Below are positions 1 to 9,591 of a DNA stretch of 64,000 bases, piece by piece (positions within the stretch are counted from its first letter, which is position 1; each line of letters starts with the position of its first letter). This DNA comes from an uncultured Candidatus Rokubacteria bacterium (lineage in GTDB: Bacteria > Methylomirabilota > Methylomirabilia > Rokubacteriales > CSP1-6). The position numbers and the translations under genes were made by a program. Below the pieces are notes generated by a model. It had not been told where the DNA came from. It did no database searches and was given only the letters and a program-made list of their open reading frames with translations. The stretch lies in the NCBI GenBank assembly GCA_963762145.1, contig CAVXJS010000021.1:256001-320000 (forward strand). Reading direction: 5' to 3'.

Positions 1-718
1 CCGCGTTGAAGGTCTTGCCCGCGATCAGGTCCGCCGGCATGTCGAGCAGCTCGACGTAGAGATCGCTGATGTCCTCGATGTGGATGTTGGGGCGCTTCTG
101 GGCCCCCCCGAAGATCGTGATGCGCCGCTGATTCACCGCGAGGCTCGTGAGGATGTTGACGGTCAGGTCGAGCCGCTGCCGCGGCGAGTAACCGCACACG
201 GTGGCGGGGCGGATGATCACGGTGGTGAAGTCCGGGGCCTGGTAGCCGAGCAGGATCGGCTCGCACATGCCCTTGTACTTGTTGTAGTCGGTGAGGGGCA
301 CGAGGGGATGGTCCTCGGTGACGTCCGGAGCGTCGCTGATCCCGTACACGCTCGACGTCGAGGCGTAGATGAACCGGCGCGCTCCCGCCCGGCGGGAGAT
401 GCTGACGAGCGGCTCGAAGCAGTCGTAGTTGATCGAGCGGCTCAGCCCCGGATTCAGCTCGAAGCTCGGATCGTTCGAGATGCACGCGAGATGGATGACC
501 GCGTCCACCCCCGCGGCGGCCTTGCCCAGCGCCTTCTGGTCCCGGATATCCGCCTTCACCAGCTCGAGCGACGGGTCGCGGGGCAGCACGTCGGTGCCGA
601 ACAGGAAGAGATCGATGACCCGGACCCGGTAGCCCTTGGCGAGCAGCTTCGGGACCAGCACCGCCCCCACGTATCCACCGCCGCCGGTCACCAGCACCGT
701 CGGACGCGTCGTCGCCAT
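1..718 (-). CDS. NAD-dependent epimerase/dehydratase (extended SDR), 3' end runs off the window
   Basis: Read manually: ATG at 718 gives MATTRPTVLVTGGGGYVGA (GxxGxxG Rossmann motif), with a downstream YNKYK (YxxxK) catalytic motif; absent from the ORF track because it is truncated. Confidence 0.9.
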   Translation of the reverse strand, partial: MATTRPTVLVTGGGGYVGAVLVPKLLAKGYRVRVIDLFLFGTDVLPRDPSLELVKADIRDQKALGKAAAGVDAVIHLACISNDPSFELNPGLSRSINYDCFEPLVSISRRAGARRFIYASTSSVYGISDAPDVTEDHPLVPLTDYNKYKGMCEPILLGYQAPDFTTVIIRPATVCGYSPRQRLDLTVNILTSLAVNQRRITIFGGAQKRPNIHIEDISDLYVELLDMPADLIAGKTFNA

Positions 719-719
719 C

Positions 720-1445
720 TCAGGTCCTCCGCGCCACCGGCTCGCGCCGGACGTGGATGGTCCACCACGTCTGCCCGATCGCCCGCAGCGCCTTCAGGAT
801 GTTCGTGATCGATACGGCCTTCGATCGGCCGTGGGTGCGGTCCACGTGGGTCAGCCCGACCTCGACATAGCTGTACCCGGCGTGGAGCGCGTGGATGAGC
901 ATCTGGGTCAGGAAGTAGAAGCCCCCCGCGCTCTTGGGGAGCGATCGCGCCAGCGCGACCGGATAGATGCAGGGCCCCTGGTAGTAGTGCATGTGCAGGC
1001 CGAAGAGCCGGTTGACGAGCGCGGTCGAGGCCCACGTCAGGAAGCGGCGATGGAGCTGGCGCGCCCCCGGATTCTGGTGGTACGGCGCCACGATGTCGGC
1101 CCGGCCGACCGCCGCGAAGATGTCGTGCACCGAGTCGCGCGCGATCTCGCCGTCGGCGGCGAGAAAGCTGAAGTGGTCCAGCTTCGCCTCGTCGAGAGCT
1201 CGCTCGTAGGCGGCCGCGATCCCCATGTTCCGCGGCTGGTGGACGGCGCGGATCCGCGGGTTCTCGCGGCCGAGGCGCTCGGCCAGCTCCCCGGTCCGGT
1301 CGGTGCTGCCGTCGTTGATGATCAGGATCTCGTACTCGCTGGTCACCCGCTCGGCGGCCCAGACGATGTCGGCCACCGACCGCTCGAGATTCCCCTCCTC
1401 GTTGTAGGCGGGGAGAAACACGCTGATCCGGCGCGCGATCGCCAT
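720..1445 (-). CDS. Glycosyltransferase family 2 (DPM1-like)
   Basis: PAYNEEGNL, INDGSTD and AADG (DxD-like) motifs. Confidence 0.9.
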   Translation of the reverse strand: MAIARRISVFLPAYNEEGNLERSVADIVWAAERVTSEYEILIINDGSTDRTGELAERLGRENPRIRAVHQPRNMGIAAAYERALDEAKLDHFSFLAADGEIARDSVHDIFAAVGRADIVAPYHQNPGARQLHRRFLTWASTALVNRLFGLHMHYYQGPCIYPVALARSLPKSAGGFYFLTQMLIHALHAGYSYVEVGLTHVDRTHGRSKAVSITNILKALRAIGQTWWTIHVRREPVARRT

Positions 1446-1446
1446 C

Positions 1447-2481
1447 TCAGTAGGGCCCCGCGAACGTCGCCTGCACGTCCGCGACGCCGGCCTCGAGCGG
1501 GGTGCCCGCCTTCAGCACGTCGAGGCAGGCCTGCGCGATGGTCAGCGGATTGGGATGGAACGCATCTTCCAGCGGCTTCGAGACCGGCGCGGGGCAGTCG
1601 GGCGGCGTGACCCGTCGCACCGGGGCCTTCAGATCGTGCCACCCCTTCTCGGCCGCGATCGCGGCCACCTCGGCGGAGAACCCGCAGAGGGCCCAGCTCG
1701 TGTCCGCGACCACCAGGCGTCCCGTCTTCCGGAGCGAGCGCAGGATGATCTCCTCGTCCAGCGGGCGGACGCTCCGCAGGTCGACGACCTCCGCGCTGAC
1801 GCCCTGCTCGGCCAGGATGTCGGCGGCCCGCGCCGCCTCGTAGGCCATCAGCGAGATCCCGACGATCGTGACGTCCGTGCCCGGCCGGACGATCCGGCCC
1901 TTCCCGAAGGGCACCGCCTCGAGTCCCTCCGGCACCTCGCCGTCGAGGTCGTAGAGGGCGCGGTTCTCGAGCAGCACGACCGGGCCGCTGCCCTGCAGCG
2001 CGCTGACCAGCATCCCCTTGGCGTCGGCGGGCGAAGCGGGAAGGCCCACGTAGAGGCCGGGGAAGTGGGCGAACACCGACTGCAGGCTCTGGGAGTGCGT
2101 CGCCCCCTGCCCCCATCCACGGCCGACGATGCCGCGGAATACCACCGGCACGCCGCCCCGGTTGCCGAACATGTACCGCCACTTGGCGGCCAGGTTGAGG
2201 AGCTGATCCATGCACAGGAACATGAAATCGTTCCGCGGATGCACGACCAGCGGCCGCTTTCCGACCGCGGCGGCCCCGATGGCGATGCCGGTCATCGCGT
2301 TCTCGCCGTTCGGGATGTCGAAGACGCGCGCGGGTCCGAAGCGCCGATGCGCCTCCGCGGTCGTGCCGAAGATGCCCTTGAAATCATCGACGCCGATCCC
2401 GGCGACGAAGATGCTCGGGTCCGCTTCCATGCACTGCACGGTCGCTTCGCTGATGGCCTGCCCGTAGGTCAGTCGTCTCAT
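1447..2481 (-). CDS. TPP-dependent dehydrogenase E1 beta subunit-like protein
   Basis: LTYGQAI, RVFDIPNGENAMTGIAIGAA, GATHSQS, EVVDLRSVRPLD. Confidence 0.9.
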   Translation of the reverse strand: MRRLTYGQAISEATVQCMEADPSIFVAGIGVDDFKGIFGTTAEAHRRFGPARVFDIPNGENAMTGIAIGAAAVGKRPLVVHPRNDFMFLCMDQLLNLAAKWRYMFGNRGGVPVVFRGIVGRGWGQGATHSQSLQSVFAHFPGLYVGLPASPADAKGMLVSALQGSGPVVLLENRALYDLDGEVPEGLEAVPFGKGRIVRPGTDVTIVGISLMAYEAARAADILAEQGVSAEVVDLRSVRPLDEEIILRSLRKTGRLVVADTSWALCGFSAEVAAIAAEKGWHDLKAPVRRVTPPDCPAPVSKPLEDAFHPNPLTIAQACLDVLKAGTPLEAGVADVQATFAGPY

Positions 2482-2487
2482 GGGTCC

Positions 2488-3450
2488 TCAGTACGCGCCG
2501 GTGGTGAGGTCCTCGACCGCCGGGAAGGACGCCGCGCGCGCCGCGACGACCGCCGCGTCCACCTCGGCCTGGCTCGCGCGCTCCATCGCGGTGATCGCGG
2601 CGGGCGTGCACGCGCCGTCCGCGACGAGGCGCTCGGACGCGCGCCGGATCGGGCAGCGGGCGACCCACGAATCCACCTCGGCCTTGGTGCGGTATCCCTT
2701 GTCGTGGTCCCACAGCGGTCCGACGTGCTCGCGCCACCGGTAGGTCGTGCACTCGAGGAAGAACGGGCCGTCTCCGCGCCGCAGGTGCGCCACCGCTTCT
2801 CGGGCCGCCTCGTGGACCGCGAAGACGTCGTTGCCGTCCACCAGGCGCGCCGGCATGCCGTAGGAGGCGGCCCGCGCGTGGATCGGCACCGTCGCGGGCT
2901 GGCGGACCTCGAGCCGGGTGTGGGTCGAGAACCCGTTGTTCTCGCACACGAAGAGCACGGGCGCGCGCCGCATCACCGCGAAGTTCAGCGTCTCGTGGAA
3001 GATGCCCTCCTCCACGGTGCCGTCACCGAAGAAGCTCGCCGCGATCCGATCCCGGCCGTCCATCGTGAAGGCGAGCGCGGTTCCCACCGCGACCGCCATG
3101 GTCTGGCCGAGAATCGCGGAGGACGCGATGATGCCCGCGTCGGGATCGTTGAGGTGGACGGAGCCGCCCCGGCCCCGCGCGCAGCCCGTCTCGCGCCCAT
3201 ACAGCTCGGCCACCATTCCGGCGAGGTCGCCCCCCTTGGCCAGGTAGTGGGCGTGGCAGCGGTGACCGCTATAAATGATGTCGTCGCGTCGGAGGGCGCC
3301 GCACACACCGACCGCCACCGCCTCCTGGCCGATGGAGAAGTGCGTCGGCGTCCGCATCTCCTGCGACGGGTAGAGATCCGCGAGCGTCTCCTCGACGCGG
3401 CGGATGCGGAGCATGCCGCGCAGCAGGTCCACCCCGGAAGCGGTCGTCAT
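2488..3450 (-). CDS. TPP-dependent dehydrogenase E1 alpha subunit-like protein
   Basis: [25 protein letters not shown] motif GDG...CENN, TYRWREH; ATG at 3450 chosen for its purine-rich upstream sequence. Confidence 0.9.
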   Translation of the reverse strand: MTTASGVDLLRGMLRIRRVEETLADLYPSQEMRTPTHFSIGQEAVAVGVCGALRRDDIIYSGHRCHAHYLAKGGDLAGMVAELYGRETGCARGRGGSVHLNDPDAGIIASSAILGQTMAVAVGTALAFTMDGRDRIAASFFGDGTVEEGIFHETLNFAVMRRAPVLFVCENNGFSTHTRLEVRQPATVPIHARAASYGMPARLVDGNDVFAVHEAAREAVAHLRRGDGPFFLECTTYRWREHVGPLWDHDKGYRTKAEVDSWVARCPIRRASERLVADGACTPAAITAMERASQAEVDAAVVAARAASFPAVEDLTTGAY

Positions 3451-3680
3451 GGTCCCCACCTATCTCCAATGTCCAGAGCTGCTCATGGTCCGAGCTACGA
3501 GGAGCGTCTCGGCAACGACGCTCTTGGTCACCAGCCGGCCGCCTTCTGGCGGTCCGGCAGCGACTCCGACGCGGAGGTCTATGTCTATATTGTCCTTTTT
3601 TATTAAATGTTTATGTGACACAACGGCTGCTGGTCCCGCTGCGGCTGATCCTCGACGGGCGTCGTTAGGCACGAACAATT

Positions 3681-3696
3681 TGCATCGGGCATGCCA
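3681..3696 (-). promoter_or_regulatory. Putative sigma-54 (-24/-12) promoter for the sugar cluster
   Basis: Minus strand TGGCATGCCCGATGCA = GG-N10-GC, close to consensus TGGCAC-N5-TTGCA; an AT-rich tract lies at 3580-3620. Confidence 0.5.
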
Positions 3697-3749
3697 AGGG
3701 GTCCTCGTCGTCGCCCTCCAGGGGCCCGCTGTTCGACGCCATGGGGCCT

Positions 3750-3758
3750 TGCTAGAAT
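3750..3758 (+). promoter_or_regulatory. Extended -10 element directly upstream of purE (possibly leaderless)
   Basis: TGCTAGAAT ends 8 nt before the ATG at 3767; no Shine-Dalgarno. Confidence 0.45.
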
Positions 3759-3766
3759 GGGCCGCC

Positions 3767-4270
3767 ATGACACCCGGCTCCGCTCCACCGCTCGTCGGCA
3801 TCCTCATGGGATCGAAGTCCGACTGGGACACGATGCTGAACGCGGCCAAGGCGCTCGACGCGCTCGGCATCTCCTACGAGGTCAACGTGATGTCCGCCCA
3901 CCGCACGCCCGCGCTCGTGGACGAGTACGTGAGCGGCGCCGAGGCGCGCGGCCTCGAGGTCATCATCGCGGGAGCCGGCGGAGCCGCCCATCTGGCGGGA
4001 GTGAGCGCGGCGCGGACCCTGCTGCCGGTCCTCGGGGTGCCCATCCAGTCCAAGGCCCTGAACGGGATGGATTCCCTGCTCTCGACGGTGCAGATGCCGG
4101 CGGGCATCCCGGTCGGCACGCTGGCGATCGGCAACGCGGGGGCCACCAACGCGGGCCTGCTCGCCGCCGCCATCCTGGCCAACAAGCATCCCCACATCCG
4201 CGCCGCGCTCCGGAAGTACCGGGACGCGCAGACGCAGGCCCTCGCAGGCCAGACGGATCCGCGCACGTAG
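3767..4270 (+). CDS. purE: N5-carboxyaminoimidazole ribonucleotide mutase
   Basis: [40 protein letters not shown]. Confidence 0.97.
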   Translation: MTPGSAPPLVGILMGSKSDWDTMLNAAKALDALGISYEVNVMSAHRTPALVDEYVSGAEARGLEVIIAGAGGAAHLAGVSAARTLLPVLGVPIQSKALNGMDSLLSTVQMPAGIPVGTLAIGNAGATNAGLLAAAILANKHPHIRAALRKYRDAQTQALAGQTDPRT

Positions 4271-4294
4271 CGCGATCCCGCACGGAGGCACGCC

Positions 4295-4978
4295 ATGACG
4301 ACCATGAGCCCGTTCCGGATCCAGCTCGAGCAGGCGGTCAACGCCCGCCACAGCCGGATGAATCCGTTCACCGAGAAGTGGGTCAACGGCGAGCTGACCC
4401 GGGCCCAGCTCGGCCAGTGGGTGTGCCAGCACTACCAGTACGTCTCGCAGTTCTCGCGCTGGTGCGCGCTGGTGTACGGCGGCTGCCCGGATCCGGACGC
4501 CTGTGACTTCCTGCTCGAGAACATCATCGAGGAGGAGTCCGGCACCAAGCACGTGGATCTCCTCATCCGCTTCGGCGAAGCGTGCGGGGTGAGCCGGACC
4601 GAGGTCGAGACCACGCGGCAGCTTCCGAGCACCCGCGGCCTGACCGCGTGGTGCTACGAGACGGCGCGCAAGCCCTTCCACGTCGCGGCGGCCGGGCTGC
4701 TGGTGGGGCTCGAGTCGCAGGTGCCCGGCATCTACAAGCGCAACCTGCCGCCACTCAAGACCCACTACGGGTTCACCGACCACGAGGTGGAGTTCTTCGC
4801 GATCCACATCGAGGCCGACGAGATCCACGGCGAACGGGGCTACCAGATCGTGGAGCGTCACAGCACGACGCCCGAGAGGCAGCGCGACGCCGCGGAGGCG
4901 GTGCGCGAGGCGACCGAGATGCGCTGGCAGTACATGACCGGGCTCCACCGCGCCTTCGTCCTCAAGGAAGACGCGTGA
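4295..4978 (+). CDS. Heme-oxygenase-like diiron protein (CADD/PqqC/TenA superfamily)
   Basis: EEE-x4-H, ESQVP and H-IEA-D-EI-H metal-ligand pattern; W-x2-GEL N-terminus. Confidence 0.8.
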   Translation: MTTMSPFRIQLEQAVNARHSRMNPFTEKWVNGELTRAQLGQWVCQHYQYVSQFSRWCALVYGGCPDPDACDFLLENIIEEESGTKHVDLLIRFGEACGVSRTEVETTRQLPSTRGLTAWCYETARKPFHVAAAGLLVGLESQVPGIYKRNLPPLKTHYGFTDHEVEFFAIHIEADEIHGERGYQIVERHSTTPERQRDAAEAVREATEMRWQYMTGLHRAFVLKEDA

Positions 4979-5286
4979 GCGGGCCCCGGCAGGTCGCCTC
5001 GCTGGACGAGGTGCCGGCCGGGCAGCTGAAGCTCGTGGAGCTCGACGGCACCCGGATCGTGCTCGCCCGGATCGGCGACGCGGTCTACGCGTGCGGGGAT
5101 GTCTGCACGCACCGCGGCGGTCCCCTGAGCCAGGGCAAGCTCAACGGGAGCCGGCTCGCCTGCCCGTGGCACGGCTGGATGTACGACGTGCGCACCGGCC
5201 AGTGCCTCTTTCCGGGCCGGGGCGCGAGCGTGCCGGTCTATCCGGTGCGCCTGGACGACGGCGCGATCTTCGTGGAGCTGCCGTGA
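4975..5286 (+). CDS. Rieske [2Fe-2S] ferredoxin
   Basis: CTH...CPWHG; GTG start overlaps the upstream TGA. Confidence 0.93.
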   Translation: MSGPRQVASLDEVPAGQLKLVELDGTRIVLARIGDAVYACGDVCTHRGGPLSQGKLNGSRLACPWHGWMYDVRTGQCLFPGRGASVPVYPVRLDDGAIFVELP

Positions 5287-5723
5287 TCACGGTCAAGCGG
5301 CTCACCCTGGAGGACGCCCTCGTGCTGCTCGCCGCGGCCGAGGCGAAGGCGCGCGAGATCGGCGTCACCGAGACGATCTGCATCTGCGACGACGGCGGCC
5401 ATCCGATCGCGCTCCACCGCATGACCGGCGCGCGCATCACCGGCGTGGAGATCGCGATCGCCAAGGCCTTCACCGCCGCCGGTCACCGGCGCGCGACGCA
5501 CAAGTTCAATCAGGCCCCCGCCGGGCCCGCCCTGCCCGGCAACGAGGCCTTCGGCATCCACGCGATGCATCCCGGCCGCTTCGCGGTCTTCGTGGGAGGC
5601 TTCCCCATCGAGGTGGACGGCGACGTGGTCGGCGGGATCGGCATCAGCGGCGGAAACGGGGAGCAGGACACCGCCGTCGGCGCGGCCGCCCTGGAGGCGT
5701 TCCAGCGCCACGTCGCCGGCTGA
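5283..5723 (+). CDS. GlcG/HbpS family heme-binding protein
   Basis: ICICDDGG, RMTGA, IAIAKAFTA, GGFPI...VGGIGISGG...QD. Confidence 0.88.
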   Translation: MITVKRLTLEDALVLLAAAEAKAREIGVTETICICDDGGHPIALHRMTGARITGVEIAIAKAFTAAGHRRATHKFNQAPAGPALPGNEAFGIHAMHPGRFAVFVGGFPIEVDGDVVGGIGISGGNGEQDTAVGAAALEAFQRHVAG

Positions 5724-5750
5724 CACCCGCGTGATCGGCGGGGGTGCGGC

Positions 5751-7625
5751 CTAGCGAACCACGGTCGGCGCGGCCGCCCTCGGGTCCAGCCGACGGAGCG
5801 CCGCGAGCTCCCCCTCGGCCCGCGCGGTCTGTCCCGCTCCCTGGTACGCGTGCGCGAGCCACAATCGGAAGCTGGGCGCCGAGGGATAGAGCTGCACCGC
5901 GCGCGCGAGCGGGACGATCGCGTCGCCCGCCCGGCCCTGTTCGAGCAGGGCCTGGCCGAGGAATCGGAGGGTCTCGCCATCGCGGATCAGGTCTGCCGCG
6001 GCCGTGAGGTCGTCGCGGGCCCCGTCGGACCGGGAAATGCCACGGGCCCGGCGCAGGAGCGGGATCGCCTCGTCGGATCGCCCCTGGACGAGGTAAAGCA
6101 CGGCGAGCCGCTCGGCCCCGTCCGGAGCATCCGGCTGCCGCGCCACGTAGCTCCGCAAGGCAACCTCCGCCTCTCCGTAGCGTCCACGGAGCAGCGCGAC
6201 CGTGCCGAGGTTGAGGTGGCTCAGGGCGTACGTGGGCCGGAGCGCCACCGCCTGACGGAGATGGTCCTCCGCCTCGCTCAGGCCCTGCGGGTCTCGACGG
6301 TCGTGCATGAGCGCCACGCCCAGGTTGTTGTGGCAGCGGGAGCAGCGGGGATCCAGCTCCACCGCCCATCGCCAGAGCGTCTCGGGGTCTCGCCACACGT
6401 AGGTCTGGCTCCACGTCAGCAGCGCGAGGGCTCCGAGCATCAGCACGATTCCGCCGCTCGCCATCGTCATGGCCGCGCGCCGCACCCGGCCCGTCCGGTG
6501 GAGTTCGAGCAGGCGCACGAGCCCGTAGCCGGCCAGGACGACGAATCCGACCTGGGCGAGATAGCTGTAGCGATCCGCGACCATCTGGATGCCCGAGTGC
6601 ACGACCCCGCTGACCGGCGCGACGAAGTCGGCGGCGTGCGCCCACGCGGCGAGCGCGCCCGGCGCGCGACGCCGGAGCGCGAGCAGGACGCCGGTCACCG
6701 CGAGCAGGGCGAGCAGCGGCACCAGGAAGCGGGGATCCAGGAGGCTCACCTGGCTGGGCGCCTCGTAGAGCGGGGACAGATCGGCCGGCCACACGAGCTT
6801 CAACGGGGAGAAGCACACGCTGTACGCGATCAGCCCGATGCGCGCCGCGGTGCCGTACCCGCCGTAGTCGCTGAACTCCGCCCCCTGGGCCCGCGCCCAC
6901 GCCGCCACCACCGCGCCCGCCGCCGCCAGCGCGCAGTACGGCAGCTTCTCAATGAGCACACGGCGCCACCCCGTTCCCCACCTCCGGAGGGGGTATGCGT
7001 CGAGGATCAGGAGCGTGATCGGGAGGGTCATGGCCATCCCCTTGGACAGGAGCGCCGCCGCGAAGGCCACGACGGAGGCGACACTCCACCACGTGCGATG
7101 CGGGCCGTCCGGGCCCCCGACCGCGCGCAGATAGGCCAGGACCGCGAGGAGGTAGAACGCCGCGCACAGCAGGGTGGCCCGATCGGAAACCCACGCGACG
7201 GATTCGGCCCGCTGGGGATGGAGCGCGAAGAGCAGCGCGGCCAGCGCGGCGCCCAGCCTGACGTCCGCGGCGGTCTCCACGGGAGATGGCCGCGCGACGG
7301 CCAACAGCCGCCGCGCCACCCAGTAGACGAGCACCGCGTTGACGGCGTGCAGCAGCAGGCTGGCGAGGTGATATCCCCACGGGTCCATCCGGCCGAGAGC
7401 GTGGTCGAGGGCGAAGGTCAGCCACGTGAACGGCATGTAGTGGCCCATCAGGGTGTTGGTGAACATCCACCCGATCTGGCTCGCGTCGAATCCCCGGTAC
7501 CTGAGATTCGTCACCAGGTTGATGTCGTCGTCCCAATTGAATCCGCCCTGGAGGGCGGGCCAGAAGGCGGCGCACGTCACCAGGAAGATGCCGACCGGGA
7601 ACAGGGCGGCGGGGAGCTTGCGCAT
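5751..7625 (-). CDS. TMTC-like GT-C membrane protein with C-terminal TPRs
   Basis: FNWDD, HPQRAESVAWVSDR, LLSK, ADRYSY, ~11 hydrophobic segments, HNNLG TPR repeats. Confidence 0.82.
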   Translation of the reverse strand: MRKLPAALFPVGIFLVTCAAFWPALQGGFNWDDDINLVTNLRYRGFDASQIGWMFTNTLMGHYMPFTWLTFALDHALGRMDPWGYHLASLLLHAVNAVLVYWVARRLLAVARPSPVETAADVRLGAALAALLFALHPQRAESVAWVSDRATLLCAAFYLLAVLAYLRAVGGPDGPHRTWWSVASVVAFAAALLSKGMAMTLPITLLILDAYPLRRWGTGWRRVLIEKLPYCALAAAGAVVAAWARAQGAEFSDYGGYGTAARIGLIAYSVCFSPLKLVWPADLSPLYEAPSQVSLLDPRFLVPLLALLAVTGVLLALRRRAPGALAAWAHAADFVAPVSGVVHSGIQMVADRYSYLAQVGFVVLAGYGLVRLLELHRTGRVRRAAMTMASGGIVLMLGALALLTWSQTYVWRDPETLWRWAVELDPRCSRCHNNLGVALMHDRRDPQGLSEAEDHLRQAVALRPTYALSHLNLGTVALLRGRYGEAEVALRSYVARQPDAPDGAERLAVLYLVQGRSDEAIPLLRRARGISRSDGARDDLTAAADLIRDGETLRFLGQALLEQGRAGDAIVPLARAVQLYPSAPSFRLWLAHAYQGAGQTARAEGELAALRRLDPRAAAPTVVR

Positions 7626-7690
7626 CGCGAACCCATTGTCGCCCGGTCGATTTTTGGGGTCGATGGTTTTTCGGCTCGGGTAGACTGATC

Positions 7691-9526
7691 GTGATGTTGC
7701 GTCCCGCCTGGCGAGTTGCGCCCTTCGCTCTCGCGCTCGTGACCGCCGTGGTCTTCGCCCCCGTCCTCCGCGGCGGCTTCCTCGACTGGGACGACCCCAT
7801 CAATTTCCTGGAGAACCCCTACTATCGGGGGCTCGGCTGGCCGCAGCTCCGGTGGATGCTGACCGCGAGCGTCATGGGCCACTGGATCCCGGTGACCTGG
7901 CTGACGCTCGGCGCCGACTTCGCGGTGTGGGGCATGAACCCGTTCGGCTATCACCTCACGAATCTCCTGCTGCACGCGGTGAGCGCCGCGCTCTTCTATC
8001 TCGTTGCACAGCGTCTGCTCGGGCTCGCGATGCCGGCGGCCTCGCCCGGCACCGCGAGCCTGGGCGCGGCCGTCGCCGCGCTCTACTTCGCGGTGCATCC
8101 GCTGCGCGTGGAGTCCGTCGCGTGGATCACCGAGCGCCGTGATCTCACGTCGGGCCTGTTCTTTCTCCTCGCGATCCTCGCGTACCTGAAGGCCCACGAG
8201 CGGCCGCCCGCGGTGGCGACGGGCTGGCGCTGGGTCTCGCTCGCCGCCGCGGCGCTGGCGCTGGCCTCCAAGTCCATCGTGATGGGCCTGCCGCTGGTGC
8301 TGCTCATCCTCGATCTCTATCCGCTGGGCCGCCTCGGGCACCGCGTCAGGGACTGGTGGAGCCCCCCGGCCCGGCGGGTCTGGCGCGAGAAAATTCCGTT
8401 CGCGCTCCTCGCGGCCGCGACGGGCGCCGCGGCGTACCTGGTCCAGCGGAACGCCGGCTACCTGACGCCGGCGGATCCGGCCGGGCGGATCGGCATGGTC
8501 GCGTACAACGTCTGGTTCCACGTCTGGAAGACGGTGGCGCCGCTCGACCTCGCCCCCATCTACGAGCTGCCCTCGCGCGTGAATCCGCTCGAGGTGCCCT
8601 ACCTGCTGAGCGCGGCCGGCGCCCTCGCGATCACCGTCGCGGTCTGGCTCCTGCGGCGGCGCTGGCCGGCCGGTCTCGCCATCTGGGCCTTCTACCTGGT
8701 GACGCTGGCGCCGGTGGCCGGAGTCGTCCACACCGGCAATCATCTCGGCGCGGATCGCAACACCTACGTGCCCGGCATGGCGTTCGCCCTGCCGATCGGG
8801 GCGCTGGCGATGGCCATCGTGCTGGCGCGGCGACGGGGTCTGCTGCGCGCCTCCATCGCGGCCATGGCCCTCGCCGCGGTGGCGATGTGGATCGGCGGCC
8901 TCGCGCTCGCGGCCCGGGCCCAGTCCTTCATCTGGCACGACTCGGAAACCCTCTGGCGCTACGCCATCGAGGTCGAGCCCGCCTGCGCCATCTGCCACCA
9001 CAACCTCGGCACCAACGTGGCCCGGCGCGGGGACTGGATCCAGGCGCAGGCGCTCCTCGACCGGGCCATCGCGCTGCGCCCCGACCGGTCGGAGTTCCAG
9101 GGCACCTACGGGCCGATCCTGATCCAGATGGGCCGGCGCGCGGAGGGCGTGGCCAAGCTTCGCTACCGCCTCGACCGGGAGCCGCGCGACGTCACCGCCC
9201 GCGTCAACCTGGCGATCGCCCTCATCGAGGACGGCCAGCCCGGCGAGGCGATCGCCGAGCTCGAGCAGGCGCTTCGCGTCAAATCGGACTCGGTGCCGGC
9301 CCTGACCTCGCTCGGCCGGGCGCTGCTCGCCGAAGGCCGCGCCGAGCCGGCCCAGGCGGCCTTCGAGCGGGCGCTCCGATCCGATCCGGCGGACCCCGTC
9401 GCCCATCTCGGGCTCGCCCGCGCGCACCTCGCGCGCGGCGATCGCGCGGCCGCTCGGGAACAGATCCCGCTCCTGGATCGTCTCGATCCCCGCCTCGCTC
9501 GTATTCTCGAGCAGGAGATCCGGTAG
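7691..9526 (+). CDS. TMTC-like GT-C membrane protein with C-terminal TPRs
   Basis: LDWDD, HPLRVESVAWITERR, ASK, ADRNTY, TPRs; divergent paralog of 5751-7625. Confidence 0.82.
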   Translation: MMLRPAWRVAPFALALVTAVVFAPVLRGGFLDWDDPINFLENPYYRGLGWPQLRWMLTASVMGHWIPVTWLTLGADFAVWGMNPFGYHLTNLLLHAVSAALFYLVAQRLLGLAMPAASPGTASLGAAVAALYFAVHPLRVESVAWITERRDLTSGLFFLLAILAYLKAHERPPAVATGWRWVSLAAAALALASKSIVMGLPLVLLILDLYPLGRLGHRVRDWWSPPARRVWREKIPFALLAAATGAAAYLVQRNAGYLTPADPAGRIGMVAYNVWFHVWKTVAPLDLAPIYELPSRVNPLEVPYLLSAAGALAITVAVWLLRRRWPAGLAIWAFYLVTLAPVAGVVHTGNHLGADRNTYVPGMAFALPIGALAMAIVLARRRGLLRASIAAMALAAVAMWIGGLALAARAQSFIWHDSETLWRYAIEVEPACAICHHNLGTNVARRGDWIQAQALLDRAIALRPDRSEFQGTYGPILIQMGRRAEGVAKLRYRLDREPRDVTARVNLAIALIEDGQPGEAIAELEQALRVKSDSVPALTSLGRALLAEGRAEPAQAAFERALRSDPADPVAHLGLARAHLARGDRAAAREQIPLLDRLDPRLARILEQEIR

Positions 9527-9591
9527 GCGGACCGCTTTCGGTGTAGACTTCCCCTCGCAGCGACAGCGATTCCCCACATGAGGTCAGCGAC

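Noticed and set aside
1447-3450. Housekeeping pyruvate dehydrogenase pdhAB
   Set aside because: No E2/E3 in the window and flanked by sugar-modifying genes; gene symbols withheld
3460-3766. ORFs in the AT-rich spacer (3460-3870, 3603-3788) and the long N-terminal extension of the purE ORF
   Set aside because: The region holds divergent promoter-like motifs; translations have no recognisable features; PurE homology starts at 3767
4295-4978. PqqC or thiaminase II assignment
   Set aside because: No pqqA/B/D/E or thiamine-salvage neighbours, and the metal-ligand pattern fits CADD-like diiron proteins better
7577-9577. Long antisense or alternate-frame ORFs (also 1555-3606, 5850-7688, 15292-17226, 48748-50274, 60114-62039)
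   Set aside because: Each overlaps a well-supported gene and gives Arg/Gly/Pro-rich or motif-free translations
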